Shown here: positions 26,323 through 41,211 of the stretch, one piece after another | Position numbering within the stretch: position 1 is the first letter of the stretch | How the letters are laid out: each line of letters opens with the position of its first letter | Translations under genes and position numbers: made by a program | Assembly (NCBI RefSeq): GCF_006345805.1 | Contig: NC_042997.1 | Location: 3,038,001 to 3,102,000 of the forward strand | Source: Octopus sinensis | Taxonomy: Eukaryota | Reading direction: 5' to 3' | DNA length: 64,000 bases | Notes under the pieces: generated by a model | What the model was told of the DNA's origin: nothing | Database searches by the model: none | Seen by the model: only the letters and a program-made list of their open reading frames with translations

Positions 26323-27824
26323 ATCAGATATTTCACTTGCACGGACAATGAAATATCCTATAGATTGCTTAAACACTACGATTCCTTGATGTATATTCAT
26401 ATTTCTCACGTTTCATTCATCCTAAAGATATAAAACAGACCTCAATTCTGAATTGCTTCCTATATAATAATCTAGTTGTCCTTTCTTTTCTTTTGTTTTC
26501 TTAAGAATTTACTGCTAACTGTTTTTCGACTGTTAATTTTCATGATTATCACTCCTGCGTTAGATTCATTGAGGTCTTGCGTGTCTCTTAATGTTTTTGT
26601 GTGTATGTATGTATATAAAGGGTCAAAACAGATATATAAATTATATGTTTTGCGTTCATGTGTTACAGACCTAACTCTTCTCTGCTCATCAGTGTGTTTA
26701 CAGTGCCAATAACTATTTTGCTATACCGTGCTTTTGGAGTTTCATTGCGATACTTAAGCTTCTCCGCATACATTTAGGTGTAGTAGGAGCATAAAATTAT
26801 AAGCAAATATGATTATGAATTAATATTTATCACCTTCATCTTGTCCCTATATTCACTTGTTAACCCCTTTCCTCAATTGTAGCACTTGGAAATGTCATTC
26901 TTTCTTAGGTATACCTACTCTGAATTTGTAAATCAAAATTCAACGATTAATTGTAACGAAAATAAATCTTATAATTTTGAACACTATATACATTTATATT
27001 TTTTTCAATTTTGAGCACTAACGCAAGTCTTGATTCACTGGAAGGAATGAAGCTGCATAAAAATATTCCAAAATATCTGCTAAATTAAAAATTGAAATTT
27101 GTACCTAACACGAGTGTTCAATGAGAATGTCGTTCCAAGATCCTTTGTTGAAATATTGTAAGAAAAATTTCCCAATGGGAAAATAGCGCCTTAAATGTAA
27201 ACGAAAAATACATTAAACCAATAATAATAAGTAACCATATGAGCAGATCGAAATAGCAGCCATGTCTCCACGAAGAACAACTTATTTTCAAATCAAAATG
27301 CGCGGATAGCGCAGCCCGGTTAATTAAGGCTACGTCTCTCCAATACCAATTGCCTTGTACTACAATACTTTCGTTCGTTAGAAACTGTTAAAAAAATGAC
27401 ACAATGAGATATTTATATAATATTTTCTATATATTCACACGGATTTACTATAAGAAAACAGCAAAATCACTGTATTCGTCTTGAGAAACAATCTCGTACA
27501 GAAGTAGAGTGCTGAACAGCACTGATTCTTCTGCGCTTTTTTAGTATTGCGAGTGTGTATCACACTCTTTCTCAAAACAAATACCATATTACTGTAACTT
27601 TCATACACTATATTCATGTTAAGTAGCATATGCAGAACGATATACAATATTGATTTCGTCGCAAATAACGAACTTGTGATTAGAGAGAGAGAGTTCGTTA
27701 CTCAGTCTGACAGTTTGCATGATAGGGAGAGAAAACACAAAGTCATATCAAATAGTTTAAGTATTTTATTGAATCAGAAAATATCAACTAGATTTATATT
27801 TAGTAGATAACATTTTGTTCAAAA

Positions 27825-28252
27825 TAGCCGCGCTCATCTTTCACCTCGGCCTCAAGCTGACTCTGAAAACTAGCGCATGTGTCTTACGCGTTGTCTTTTG
27901 GAAGGTTTTTCGAACAACTTGATCTTTGGCACCAGCTTGGCCTTGACATTGTAGGCAAAGATGATGATGTCCTTCTGAACAGCTGTCCATACTGTAATCA
28001 ATGTAAATACAATCGTGGGAATAAAGAGACCAAATGAACTGGGGAACACATAGAAAATTTTCCTCAACCACTTCTTACTTTTTCTAAAGGTAATGCAAGA
28101 AGCTAACTTCAATACCCATGTATATGGTTTTCTTGTAACAGCAATTTTTGTTGTTCGTTGCATTTGTTTGCTGTGTGCACGTTTATCCTCAATGTCCCTC
28201 GTCTGTGCATAGTCTTCTATGTTTTGTGTTCGGCCTTTGTGGCCAATAAAGG
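27825..28252 (+). mobile_element. Probable decayed LINE 3' end with AATAAA and (ATT)n tail
   Basis: Locally GC-richer. Frame ...LGLDIVGKDDDVLLNSCPYCNQC resembles the C-terminal GDExHxLxxCP zinc-finger region of LINE ORF2. T-rich 3' UTR ends ggcctttgtggccAATAAAgga directly before (ATT)n. Clade not assigned. Confidence 0.4.
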
Positions 28253-28437
<185 letters not shown>

Positions 28438-29783
28438 TAGTTCTTCTTATCGTCATCATCCTTATCGTTTTACCCTAGCTGTGTCATTATTTTTATTTAG
28501 CTTCTTACTACATACGTTCCTGCTAAAGATATATTGTTTGGTGTTAATAGCATTCCATACCGCTTGACTTATTTGTTGAATGATACAACACGCGATTTCG
28601 CGTGTCAGTTGTCTTGAAAGTAGAAAAGAATCAACACTCACTTGGTAAACATTCCATTATACTAGCGTTTGTAACAACCCTAAAGGGATTCCTGCCTCAG
28701 AATTTACTTTCTAATTGCAATATATTTCTTTCTTTTTCCTCTTATTTGCGTTAGTTCCGTTAATCTACATCTGCCTTATTATTAACTCTCGAGATATAAT
28801 AAAAATAATAGACGACTAGCGCCTCACTAACAAAACATTAGCCACTGGAAAGATGCAGTGCTCAAATAAAGTAAATTTATACTTGCACATTCGATCTGAA
28901 ATAGTGGAGTCAAAATGTATTATAATATTGTGTTTACGAAAGTTCTTTCTTAAATACATGTCTTAAAATAAATTCAGAATGAATAAGTAAAATAGTATCC
29001 AATAACGAAGGAATAAATGTAAAAATAAGTAAATAATATAAATATCGCTAATATTTTTGAGACTTTGAAGCACGTTCAAGTGAAGTCTTAATCTTAAGAG
29101 AATCAACAAAATGAAAGAGAAAATTTGCTCGAAACCAACCTAATATTAAAATACTTAAATGGTTAGTAAATATATGAGCAAATGAAGCTTATTGAAATAA
29201 AATTGCCGTCACATCACAAATTATCGTGTTATATCTATGAATATAACAACATGGTTGTGGCTAATCAGTTGACGTTTCATACACGAAGAAAAAATATTTA
29301 ATCATATTAATTATTGCAATCAATTAATTATAAATAAAAAAGAAATTAAAATAAACCATTTCACTTATACAAATCATAATGTATTGCAACAATCGACAAA
29401 GTTTGCAGCGGTAAGAAGAAAGTGACGACCACTTCACTACTGATGCTTACTATCGATATATTCCATAACTAGCTGAATTATTATGGCTTTTCATTCACAC
29501 GCCTATGGAGGTTCGTCGCAAATACTACTAATTCCTATATTATAATTAGTTTATTTCTATTTGAATACCATCTTTTAAGATGCTACTTAGAAGTTAATTT
29601 CGACCCAGAAAATCGTATGTCGTGTAACCAATTGATAGATTGCAAAATTGAGAAATCGTATCCAAGACCATTAATCAACTTCAGAATAACGACAAGGTTA
29701 TGAAATGATTACTGTTGCATTGTTATTGTAAACAATATGATGGCCATAAAACTATAAGAGAAAGTATGTTGCAATTTACTTAC

Positions 29784-29876
29784 TCGTTCCAATTTTGAAC
29801 TGTTTCGATACAAGTTTCCTCATATTGACGTCAATTTCTCGACAAGAATATATTTGTGTTCGTAACATGTCAAAAT
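29784..29876 (-). CDS. Candidate 93-nt symmetric (phase 1-1) exon, xFDMLRTQIYSCREIDVNMRKLVSKQFKIGT, gene unknown
   Basis: Minus strand: tttag| acceptor, consensus donor |gtaagt, one open frame of three, length a multiple of 3. No homology recognised. Confidence 0.3.
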
Positions 29877-30206
29877 CTAAACTAGTACACAATTTTACAT
29901 GCCACAAACCGACATTGGCAAACCAAACGCAATCCAAATGTTAAATTGTTATGAGACAGTAAACGTCACGTAAATGCCAACGAGCACTCTAAGGCTACTA
30001 GTGGTGTTCTATTTTCTAATGTCAAGTGTATGAGAAATAAAGCTAATATGCAATCCTGGACCGCATGCTTGCCAAACGCATATTGTTAATGTTTAATTCA
30101 GGTTTCATGTATGTATGACGTTGTATTTGCATCCAACGCGTATCAGTCGTAACTATCTCAGCGACCATAAATTCAAATTAATGTGCATCGATCTATGATT
30201 ATGACC

Positions 30207-30293
<87 letters not shown>
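30207..30293 (+). repeat. (TAA)n microsatellite
   Basis: About 28 units, directly visible. Confidence 0.97.
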
Positions 30294-30298
<5 letters not shown>

Positions 30299-31104
30299 TG
30301 TGAAAAATACATTAACTTATACCCCTATTACTCAACCATGGATAACAAACGGGAATTACGTACTTTAAACTTGTTACACAAAAAGTAGGGAAAAGTATAC
30401 ATGCAAAACCATTTAACACCAGAAATGTACGAACCGGTACGCTACGAAAATTATGACCATCAAAATAAATCGTTGGACAGTATTCCACATGTCCCGCAAA
30501 TAATATCAAAAAGAGCATCAATGGACAGGTGAGAATAGATTTCAACCCTACACTCTAATTTTACAGCAGTGTTCCACCCACCCACTGAACGAAAATACAA
30601 CATATAGATATAAAATATTCAGGTTCAATGACCTAGATAAAGACATGAATACTGCAATGATCCCTAATATACTAACATGTGGAGATATATTCTCAAAACA
30701 AAAGCAAAAATATTTGAAATAGAAACATAACACTTAAAAGGAAATGTACATCAGGAAAACGTACATAGTAACTACACAGGTCTGCCAAATAATATCATAA
30801 GCACTGGGACTGTAAAATACGAAGACAGATGTACATGTCCAAGAAACTCTAAGTAAACAACGAAAGATAACAAACCCAGACCGTAGGAATGTATAATGAC
30901 AAGTAAAATACACCAAACCAGAATAACACAAACAAAAATTTAAACCGGAGGGAATACGATAAAAAATAAAACCTGGAAATTATGAAGACAAAATTATTGA
31001 TTATGATAGGCATAATCAAATATTGTAAGCCAAAGATCTCAGTATGGACCACCGACATTAACAGCCCCACCAAAAAAAAATAATAATAAAACTTTATCAA
31101 TAAT

Positions 31105-31958
31105 AAGCAGCATGAACAAGGCAAACAAAAGAATGCATGGACAAATTCATAGGTAAGGTGAAGACAAGACATACAGAGTAAAAACGTGGCTATGGATATA
31201 ATAAAAGTAATATAAAACTGGAAATGGAGTCTCCAATCTGTGTTACCCAAGAACAAGCATTAAGAGCCAATTACATCAAATACAGGTTAGAGAGCACGTG
31301 AGAAAGTGATACGTGCAGAATTTGTGGACAGAATGGTGAAACCGTATGGCATATTACCAGTCAATGTACGCCACCAGCCCCGGAAAAGTATGAGACTTCA
31401 TGATAATGTAAGGAGGATTGTCCACTGGGCACTTTGCAACACGTATGGACTTCACAGCGCAAAACAGTGGGACGAACATAAACTGGGAGTCATCATCGAA
31501 AATAGAAATGCAAAGATCCTATGAGATTTTATGATTCAGTGTGACCATGAGATAGAGAATAGGAATAAGACGCAATGCAATTTTGGAAAGAATGCAAACG
31601 ATGCTGGATCATAAATATAGCCTAACCATCTGACGACAAAGTATGCGATAAGGAAGAAAGAGAAGTCAATAGATAAACCAGGTTAGCTTGGGATGTTAAA
31701 CAGTTTTGGTCGATGAAATAGATGGTAGTAGTACCAATAATCGTCGGAGCCCTGGGAACAGGGAATAACAATCTTGAGAAGTACATGGAGCAAATACTGG
31801 CTGCAATAAGGGTGGAATATTTACGGAAAACATCACTGCTTGGAACAGCTCGAAAAGTCCGGATGGTGCCCGAAAAATAGAGGGTATTACGTTAGTTCAA
31901 TGGTAGCGAACAGCTGGCACAATAGCACATTTCCAGCATTTAGAAGCTATGCAAAGAC
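31105..31958 (+). mobile_element. R4/Dong-clade (RLE) non-LTR retrotransposon, decayed 3' end
   Basis: RMHGQIHR...KTWLWIYKSNIKLEMESPICVTQEQALRANYIK, CCHC finger CRICGQNGETVWHITSQC (31314-31367), HDNVRRIVHWALC, ENRNAKIL[W]DFMIQCDHEIENR, VVVPIIVGALG, RKTSLLGTARKVR then stop at 31878-31880, a short 3' UTR and (AAT)n. Confidence 0.92.
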
Positions 31959-32088
<130 letters not shown>

Positions 32089-33299
32089 TCAATAGTAGTA
32101 GTAATAGAAGAAGATAATGATGAAGAAGATCGATATATATATTTGAATGTTTTCATATATATATATATATATATATGCGTCTGTGTGTATTTACGTGCAA
32201 GTATAATTATAGCTATGTATATGAAAATCTATGTCTATCCATATATGTGTATGCGTAGTTGCACTTGCCTGGATGTGCGCACGTCTCTAAAAACCTGTCT
32301 GTTCTAATGTGCTTGAATGTAGGTTTTTGCAACATATAATAACAAACATTACGCATTAATTTGTATGCATCAATAATTTCTTATATTCTCGTTTGTAAGA
32401 GAACAGTCACACATAGAAGAGTTACGCTTTCACTTGGAGAATAAATTTCTGTTCGCATATATTTATGCAGCTTAGTAGGCAAAGTTATAGGTTGGTATAT
32501 ATGAATGTAACTAAACTAATCACATGCTGGCGTAAAGAAATGTTTTGTATACAATTTAAATACATAAACTATTATGTCGTAGAGATGATATATGATGCCT
32601 AGCCATATTCTGATTCTAACTTGGACATCTATGTAATACTAGCGAATAAATCAAATTTCGTACCTTTTTTTCTGAATGAAGCGAGCAAGAAGCGAGACGA
32701 GAGAATGTAAATGAAAACCATATAAAAGAACATGTTCCCTTTCATTTTGTATGTGTGCGCGTGTACAGAGAGTCACACGCTACACATACCTAAACTCATA
32801 TATATCTCTGCGTATCTATGGTTATACACTACACGCAAAACGAAATTTCTTTCTCTCTCTCATACATATTTACTGACATATATCTGTACATACACACTCG
32901 TGCACTCATGTGCATATATATATTCATATATATATATATATGCCTATGCATGTGTGTGTTTGTGTGTGTGTGTATTTATGTTCATTCACCCACTTTTTTG
33001 AACACACAAAGAAATAAATAGCAATTTAATCGCATAATGCCGACCTTCGGCTTGGTAACAAAAGGATACTAGATCTACTACCGGCGGATGATTCACTGGA
33101 ATCAGTGGTAGGAGGTAATAGCAAAGGAATGAAAGGAAGAAAGTGTATAATTAATGTGAGGGAGGTAGAATGCAGCGCCTGACACAGTGCTTAGGCATTT
33201 ATGCGAAAGTGTTGGTGGCGGCGTAAAGTTAAGAACTGGGGTGGAGTAGCGTCGTGAATTGTAAAGCGAAACACTGAATACATTGAAACAGCAAAGGTG

Positions 33300-34040
33300 A
33301 GAGACGACATTGTTTGATTATGCGTGAATATGCATGTGTATGTGTATTGGTATGTCAGTGAGTATTTATGAGTGTAAGCCTGTCTGTGAAATCGAAATAG
33401 AGAATATGAAAAGAAAGAGAGGTTCTAACGTGAAAAAGGAAGCAAACTATATTAAATGCACTAGAGACAGTAACACGCCATAGAGAAATATCTAAAAAGA
33501 TTGAAGCGTTCACAAGAGATGTAAAAGAGATGAGTATAATAGAAGTGTATGAAATGTTCAGAATGCAAACAAGAGAGGGAAATAAAATGTGGCTAAAATT
33601 TTGAGAGGAAATGCAGCAACGGAAATATGTTTTGAAAGAGGAATGTTATATAAAGGAGAAACAAAAATGCGAGAGTAAAGAAAGAACTTAGAAGAAAGAG
33701 AGATACAAATGAGACAGAGTGACAAGAAAGTCAAAATTAGAAAGAGATATGTGTAGCGAAAGAAAGAAGAATGAAAGAAAATAGAGAATTAGAGAGAGAA
33801 AGAGAGAAAGAGAGAGACATACAGAGAAAATAAGCTTGCGTTACAGAAGACATCTTTATTTCGATGCTGCAGCTCAAAAGTGATCCTGAGATATTTCAAG
33901 GAATGAAAAAAAAAAATTAAATACAGAAGAATAGGAACCACACGAAAAAAAAAAAACAGAGTGGGGTGACGAATGGAAACAACAGAAAAAGGTAAACGAA
34001 CTTTGATAGGAAATGCGAAGAAAAGACCGATAGAATGTTG
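33300..34040 (+). repeat. Purine-skewed low-complexity (GA/AAAG-rich) tract
   Basis: About 700 bp dominated by A and G on the + strand. Confidence 0.7.
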
Positions 34041-34250
34041 AAGAGCTGGCAGAATGATTTGCGATATTTCATTCGTCTTTACGTTTTGAGTTCAAATTCC
34101 GCCGAAACCGATCTTGCTTTTCATCCTTTTGGGGTTGATAAAGTAAGTACCAGTTAAGTCCTGGTGTCCATGTAATCCATTGTCCCGTGACTGAAGGATC
34201 TTTTAAGCCTTTTGACATCGATCGAGTGATTAGAAAGGACAGATTGTCCA
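34040..34250 (+). mobile_element. SINE family A
   Basis: gagctggcagaat...cgtctttacgttttgagttcaaattccgccgaaaccgatcttgcttttcatccttttggggttgataaagtaagtaccag. Confidence 0.85.
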
Positions 34251-35279
34251 TACTTCTACTGGATATAGAGGAGAGAAATCTTGATATAGATGGTCATTTG
34301 ATGGGTTGTTTTGCAATATACATTAGAATGAAACGTTATCTCCGTCTTTCTTTCTAGAAACGTGTGTTCATTGAAACGCGCGTACACATGCATATCCATA
34401 CGTACGTATACATGAAAATAGCTATGTAAGAAACTATGTGAAAAGTTTCTCACCCACAAACTTATATAGTAACATTTGCACGGGTCTAATGATATGAAAT
34501 GTTGGCAGAAATAGCTATACGACCAAATACATGCTTATGTTTCTATGAAATTTCAAGCAATTGCCCAGTGTCTCCTTTGGCGTTCAACTACATTCACACG
34601 TGCACATACACACCACACAGACACAGACGCACACACATACAGAGTCGTAAATCAAGGGAGGTGTATGTGTGTGTTTTTATTTGTGCGGAATGTCTAAGCA
34701 AGGCTGTGCAACTCTGTGTATTATGAGAACAGTTGTCTTTTCTGCATGCAAACAAAACGTGACTGTGGTCTACTTTTATCCCGCACTTCACTACAATTAT
34801 TTTATATATTCACATGAACTATATACTGTCCGTTATTAATATCAGAAATAACATTTGAATGAAATATCTGGCATTTTCCACCTTTTTTTATAAAGCCCTC
34901 ATATTTTTAGACGATATTCATATTTGACTTTTAAGCTAGATTCCCGTAATCTGCCCTCGCACTGTATCTAAATTTTTAAAACATATCTACTTCATGTGTT
35001 TAATTTGTTTTCATTGTGCATTTCATTTAACGGTATCCTGTTTGGTGTCGATTCAGTAATTCATTACTATATTGTCTACAAATATTTACCTTCAATTTTC
35101 TCTATCATTAAAATTATTTCTTCTCTTAACTGCTAGACCAGCTCAAAATGTATGATACATATTTTTGGTCAATATAAAAACAAAGTACCAAAATCTAGAA
35201 AAATAAAGTTTGCAATCTAATTTATAAACCACATTGCTTTGAAATTTTGACTCAAGTCCAACACTTTCAGAAGAAGAGG

Positions 35280-35420
35280 TTAGTCAATTACATTGACACC
35301 CTGTCCCCGACCCCGAAAGGATAAAACGCATATTCGACTTCGGTGGAATGAGAGCTCAGAATATAAGACATATGAAATGCTGTTATGCATTTTTCCCGGC
35401 ATGCTATCGATACTGCCTCT
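35280..35420 (-). mobile_element. SINE family A, decayed
   Basis: cgaccccgaaaggataaaacgcatattcgacttcggtggaatgagagctcagaa. Confidence 0.75.
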
Positions 35421-36559
35421 TCCATATTAATCGTTATCACTCGTTGATGGGTTCTTCACATGTCTGTCTCTTTTTTTTATTCATAAATTATTTCCAAAGT
35501 CATTTCCTGTTACTTCATCATTTCGGGCAATATTTTTTCACATTGAGTTTCTGTGGTGTTATGAAATAGCTCATGCTTTAATATTTTATCTCCTACTGAT
35601 CTTATTTTGCAAAATAAAAAAGAAAAGAAGGCGAAAAAAATCGTTCACACTACTGCATAGAGTTGTCAGTTATTTCATGCCAGTAACTTCTCTTTTATTA
35701 CAGTTGCTTTTAGTACCACTGGAACGTAGCTAAAGACACTTCCCTCTAATAATGGAATGATGATGTATACTTCACTGGCAGTTTCTAAGAGTTCTTCGAA
35801 ATATTCAGAGGATCGTATATTTGAATACTCTATATTACAACATTGCATAATAAACATCTGTACTGCAAAATTCATTTGAGATATGTTTTTGTTTCAGTCA
35901 CGTGCTTTCATTATTCAGATATTTCGAGTGGATACATGCCTCAAGAATTTCCTATCACCGAGCAGAATACAAAGAATTTCATATCTGTGTGTTTATCGCA
36001 CATATTAATGCTTTAACTTTACAATTTAATAAAGGAACCTTTATTTTCGTCCGTCATATGACTGTATTGCTCATGGATTGAATGATTATACCGTGATTGT
36101 CACTCTTATTGACAATATTCATTATGTCGTACTGAACAACGTTAAGTGTTTATGTTGAATATCATGTATTGTTAGGTGAGCATCTACTTTCATTGAATTT
36201 CTTCAAGATTATTGTCTTCAACTTTACAGACTATGAATATAGCATTCTCATAACTGGTGTGATGAAAGAATTATCACCGATGTTACATATCAAGATTATT
36301 GTTGTTTTGTAGAACAAGTTTCTTCAGGAATATATTCGCAATCGATTTTTCTACACACATCTAAAAATAATAAAATTATATCACATTGTTTTGCAAGACT
36401 ATATATACATATAAGTGTATGTGTATTTCTGTGTGCGTGTCCATGTGTTTGCGTGTGCATGCATGTATGTACGTACGTACATTGCCGCATTCAGATGACA
36501 GAAACAAGTGAAAATATAAAAGAATGCACATACACACACACAAACACACACATACATAT

Positions 36560-36760
36560 GTATATAATCTTTATTGCTTCATTTTCCAAAATAACTCCTC
36601 ATATTGAACTCTATTATTGACCTCTATGTAACCATAGTCTCTGATGAAGGGATATTCCTAATATCCCAGAAATAATAATAAGACTAACTTTCCCTTTATA
36701 GAAGTCCTGAAAATTCTACACAGTCTTGGTTTTGTGGTCTCATTGTTTTTAATATATACA
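36560..36760 (+). mobile_element. Penelope-like element terminal-repeat fragment
   Basis: Carries a hammerhead motif followed by a T-rich tail ending in tatata. Assignment to PLE rests on the established PLE-hammerhead association and on my recall of similar octopus repeats. Confidence 0.55.
36635..36686 (+). ncRNA. Type I hammerhead ribozyme motif
   Basis: Stem I UAGUCU (36635-40)/AGACUA (36681-86); core CUGAUGA (36641-47); stem II GGGAUAUU-CCU-AAUAUCCC (36649-67); GAAA (36669-72); minimal stem III; cleavage triplet AUA, cut predicted after 36680. Confidence 0.75.
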
Positions 36761-37144
36761 TGTTCATAAAAGACCCACATTCGATTCCTCACTCGTATCA
36801 TTATCGAGCCAAGAGTTTAAGTACGGTCTTTTCATATTACTTACATATCGTTACCTGCCACCTTGGGTCTTCTCTATATCAATACTCCCACACACACATA
36901 GACAAAAACACACGCTCGCACTTACACACAGACACGGACTCGCACACACACATATTATAGATGAAGGTGGAAATAGCACAAAAGTAAATCTAAGATGTTT
37001 CATTTTAAGAAAGAATTCAATAAAAATGCTTTTAAACATTTTATAAAGAAAATATTGGTTTCGATGATGGATCACATCTGCTATTTTCACTTGCTCTTTT
37101 ATATATAAACATTTCATTTGTATAGCCCTGTAATCTTTTTTCAA

Positions 37145-37180
<36 letters not shown>

Positions 37181-38271
37181 TTGAAATATATGTATATTTT
37201 AAAGTTTCTTATTCCTTTGCAAGCGACAAATATAGCATGCGTACTAACGATATTAAACACTAGTCATTTCATAATTAAACTCATTTGATATGGGGATTCA
37301 CAGTTGGGAAATTAGTGCTACATATATAACTCCCATGCATCCAAACCGAACATAGTTGCAAGGTGTTTCATGGTGTATGCATATAGATATTTAGGTGGAC
37401 AATACACATATTCTTTTTGAAAGTGGAGCATAAGCATGTGTAGTAAGGTATGAATTCGATTGTATATAATAGTATCATTACTGTAGTGCTGCTTATTCAA
37501 TGTATTTATGGATATAGTACATTTTTTTCGCGAACTTGATTTTGTCTTCAAATCTATACCGGGTCAACTATATCTTTCGTAATACCGTTTTTTGGAAATA
37601 AATATCGTTTATGTACAGGATTCCTCAATGCTGTTCTTATCATTTACCAAAATAAAGTGTCGCATTGCAGTAGTTTATCATTAATGTTACCGTTGCTAAT
37701 GTATTTCATCAGATCAAGATGATACCATTGCAAAGTGCTGCCTTACAAATGGTGAGCCTAAATATAATATGGCTATAAAATTGAATACTCACAATTTGAT
37801 GAGGAAATATTCGTGACTGTCTATAAGCTATAATTTGCATAAAAAATACAAACTTGACATCAGATCGACCAAATTACTAGTGAACAAATTGCAAACGTTT
37901 GAAATATTCCTGTAATTTATATGGACTTGCTGACATTCCTGGTATTTGATATGTCAAATGTTATCGACCAATCGATTTAATTCCAGTGCCATTTGAAAAT
38001 AATATATATGTGTGTGTATATATGATGTGTATGTATCTACACTAGTACATATACACACGCTCACACACTGAATAATACATGCACACATACATCTTAACAG
38101 TAACAACCAAAATAAGAGCAGCAGAGGGTAATAAATATTTTCATGAAGCATTTTTCAATATATCTATATACCTTTGCAACTAACATTTAATATAAGCAAT
38201 TACAGATATAAGGATCCGTTTAATATATATGTATGTATATATATACATATATATATATATATATAATACAA

Positions 38272-38304
<33 letters not shown>

Positions 38305-39428
38305 TATGTACTTATATGCATATATATGTAGATACATATAAATACATATTGCATTTGATAGTCAAACATTAATATAATTTGTGTCTTACATCGACATTTG
38401 TAAAAGGATTATAGAAAGGAATCAATATTTTCCGTAAGTTCTATAAACCAAAGTTTTATAAAGCAGGACATCAGATTGCGAGGAAAATTAAGTATCGATT
38501 TCCTTTTTCCCGTTTTCATACAGAACGGCATAATGAATTATTGCGGGGAAATAAATTGCAATGTTTCAAATCATAGAGCAATAAATTAATTCACTTTCCT
38601 ATACTTGCTGAATAGATTTACCGATTGGTAGCGAGGTATAAGAATTCAGGCGAACACCTTCACATTGACACATGCCATATGGTTTCAGTGTTTCATAATT
38701 GAATCATTATTTCCGGATAAGTACTTAAACGTTGTCTGCAACAGAAGGCAATTTTGAATTTTCGGTAGCTTCCGTTTAGAACTTTACTACAGCAGCTATG
38801 CAGGCTCAGGCCTTGAAGAAAATTCATACCCATGTTGGTATTTTTAGAGAGTAAATATCAGGTATGAAATAATTAACCCAGAATTAAGTATAAAAGACAA
38901 AGATGACATGATGTTTCTAACAAAAGTGACCAGGAAGTTAATATCTAGACACCAGTTAATTCAATTGAGAGAAAGTCGCGGAAATAATGGTAAATGCAAC
39001 AAAAAGAAAGATAGTTTCTAATGTTTTGAATTCTGAGCAGGTTACCGAGATTTCAATGATAGGGAAATAATTTTGACCATATATGATGCACTCTTTATAC
39101 CATCTTTTATAGGAAAGTCTGAGCTATCTCCAAACAGGTAACATATTGATTGAAATATTCCTGCGACCATCGTTTTCAACGCAATGAAATTTTGATATTT
39201 TCATGGAAAATAATTTTAATTGATATTATGTATTCATAATGAATGAGTCTTCTTTCACTTATCTCACTGTTGGTAAATCTGAAGTATTCGTTTGTGTCTT
39301 CAAGCAATCAAACAAAAAAATATGCTGTGTGGCATGTACTAAGCTTTTTTCCGTTTTCTACAATCAGTGTTTCGAAAACTTCGGGAAAGGCTGAGAGTAA
39401 ATCCACCATTTGTGGCATATATATATAT

Positions 39429-39471
<43 letters not shown>

Positions 39472-41160
39472 ATATATAATACATCCACATTCGAGTAAAC
39501 GTATTCTTCATAACATGCAGATGGAAACATGGGCACACACACATTCACAGATAGAGAGAAGGGAAAAAGAGGGAAAGAAAGAGAGTGAATGAGAAAGAGA
39601 GAAAGAGAGTGAAAGAAAGAGAAAGAAAGAATGAATGATTGAAAGAGAGAGAGAGAGAGAGTATATATCGAAGGTGAAGCTGCCTCATGATAGCTAAAGT
39701 CAATTGATTATGTATAGATGTAAGCTCCATTGTATACTTATCAGGTGTTTTAGGTTTTTCTTTACTTTTCTTTTCTTAAAGGCCATCTGCTGTTTCGATC
39801 TTAAGATTTTAAAATTAAATAAAACGGTTGTAACCTTTATTTATTTCAGAACTATATGCATAAAGCATGCTATTCTTTGAGACAATTCTGAGAAGTAAGT
39901 TTTTTAAAAATGTTGATGGCGGAAACCCTAAAAGGTACTTCAAATCGCATTGAGCCTACATTCATCGATACAACGCAGCACATGATTCGCTGCAAATAGT
40001 AAATCGATTTAAAAACTGAAAATCCAATTTGAAACGAGAAAAGAAAACGTTTATGCGCCATAGGTATCGCTGAGTTACATTGACATGAAAAGAAAATCGA
40101 AATATATATGAACACAATGAAATAAAAGAAAGGATTTGTGCAGATTCTCACATACACAACTTCATACAGTATTCTGTGTGTATCTTTTTCTGTGTATGCG
40201 TGTGCATGTTTCTCTGTATGCTTATGTGATTGTGTGAGAAAAAGAGTGTGCGTTTGTGCGAATACGTGTGCGCGTGCGTGTGTGTAGGCTTCTATATTTA
40301 TGAAAGAAGCCCTTTCTCTAAGATACACACCAAATCATCTCTTTCAATCTTGTTCCACCTGAAGCTCATTGTAATAGTGTTTTAGCATATAATTCAGTAC
40401 AGACGTCTTGGCTGACATGATTTGTCACTTCAGTTTATTATTCTCTCAATTGTATCGTAAAAGAAAATGTTGTAAGTGTCTTATTTATATTTAGATATAC
40501 GTATTTATTTTGATTGTTATTATCGTAGAAGGAATGCGCACGAATGTAAGATAATTAAAGATATTTCAGCAGAACCTATTCGTTGAAACATCCATTCAAG
40601 AACTGCTGAGTAACAATAACAGATTTTGAACGTTAATGGGAGCGAGCATTGATTTCACATAAGGAAAGTATTATGGAAATAAAAGCTATATACATCACCA
40701 TTGTCCTTTCGGAGAGCTGTCGAATCTTAGGCACAAAAGAAAAATGGAAGAAAGCATAAAGAACATAAGTAAATATATAAATATTTTTTTTGAAATTCTT
40801 TAAAGAATTACATTTGTACCAAAACTCAAAGAGCTGCGTCTCTTTAGTAAGTATACTTGAACTGAAATTAAGAAGCGAGTTTAAAAGAAAAATGTGTTTC
40901 TAACTTGTAGATATTTATTTATCTCCTTCTTATTATTCCTCTCTATCTTCCCTTTTAAAAATGTTAGGCATTTAAATTACACAGACAGCACGCTTCACTT
41001 AGCAACACACGTATTTGCCTATACACAGAGACCCGAACTTATAATTATATATATATCCCTGTATATACATATATACATATAATATGAGATATACATACAT
41101 ATATATATATATACATATATACATATATATACATATATATATATATACATACATACGTAT

Positions 41161-41210
<50 letters not shown>

Positions 41211-41211
<1 letters not shown>

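Noticed and set aside
33038-33112. Cluster of small hairpins (gccga-cct-tcggc; tgattc-actg-gaatca)
   Set aside because: Stems of only 5-6 bp; no match to a tRNA, snoRNA or ribozyme core that I can recognise.
39850-39894. 45-nt segment with strong acceptor and GTAAGT donor on +
   Set aside because: Stops in all three frames; at most a non-coding exon, with no further support.
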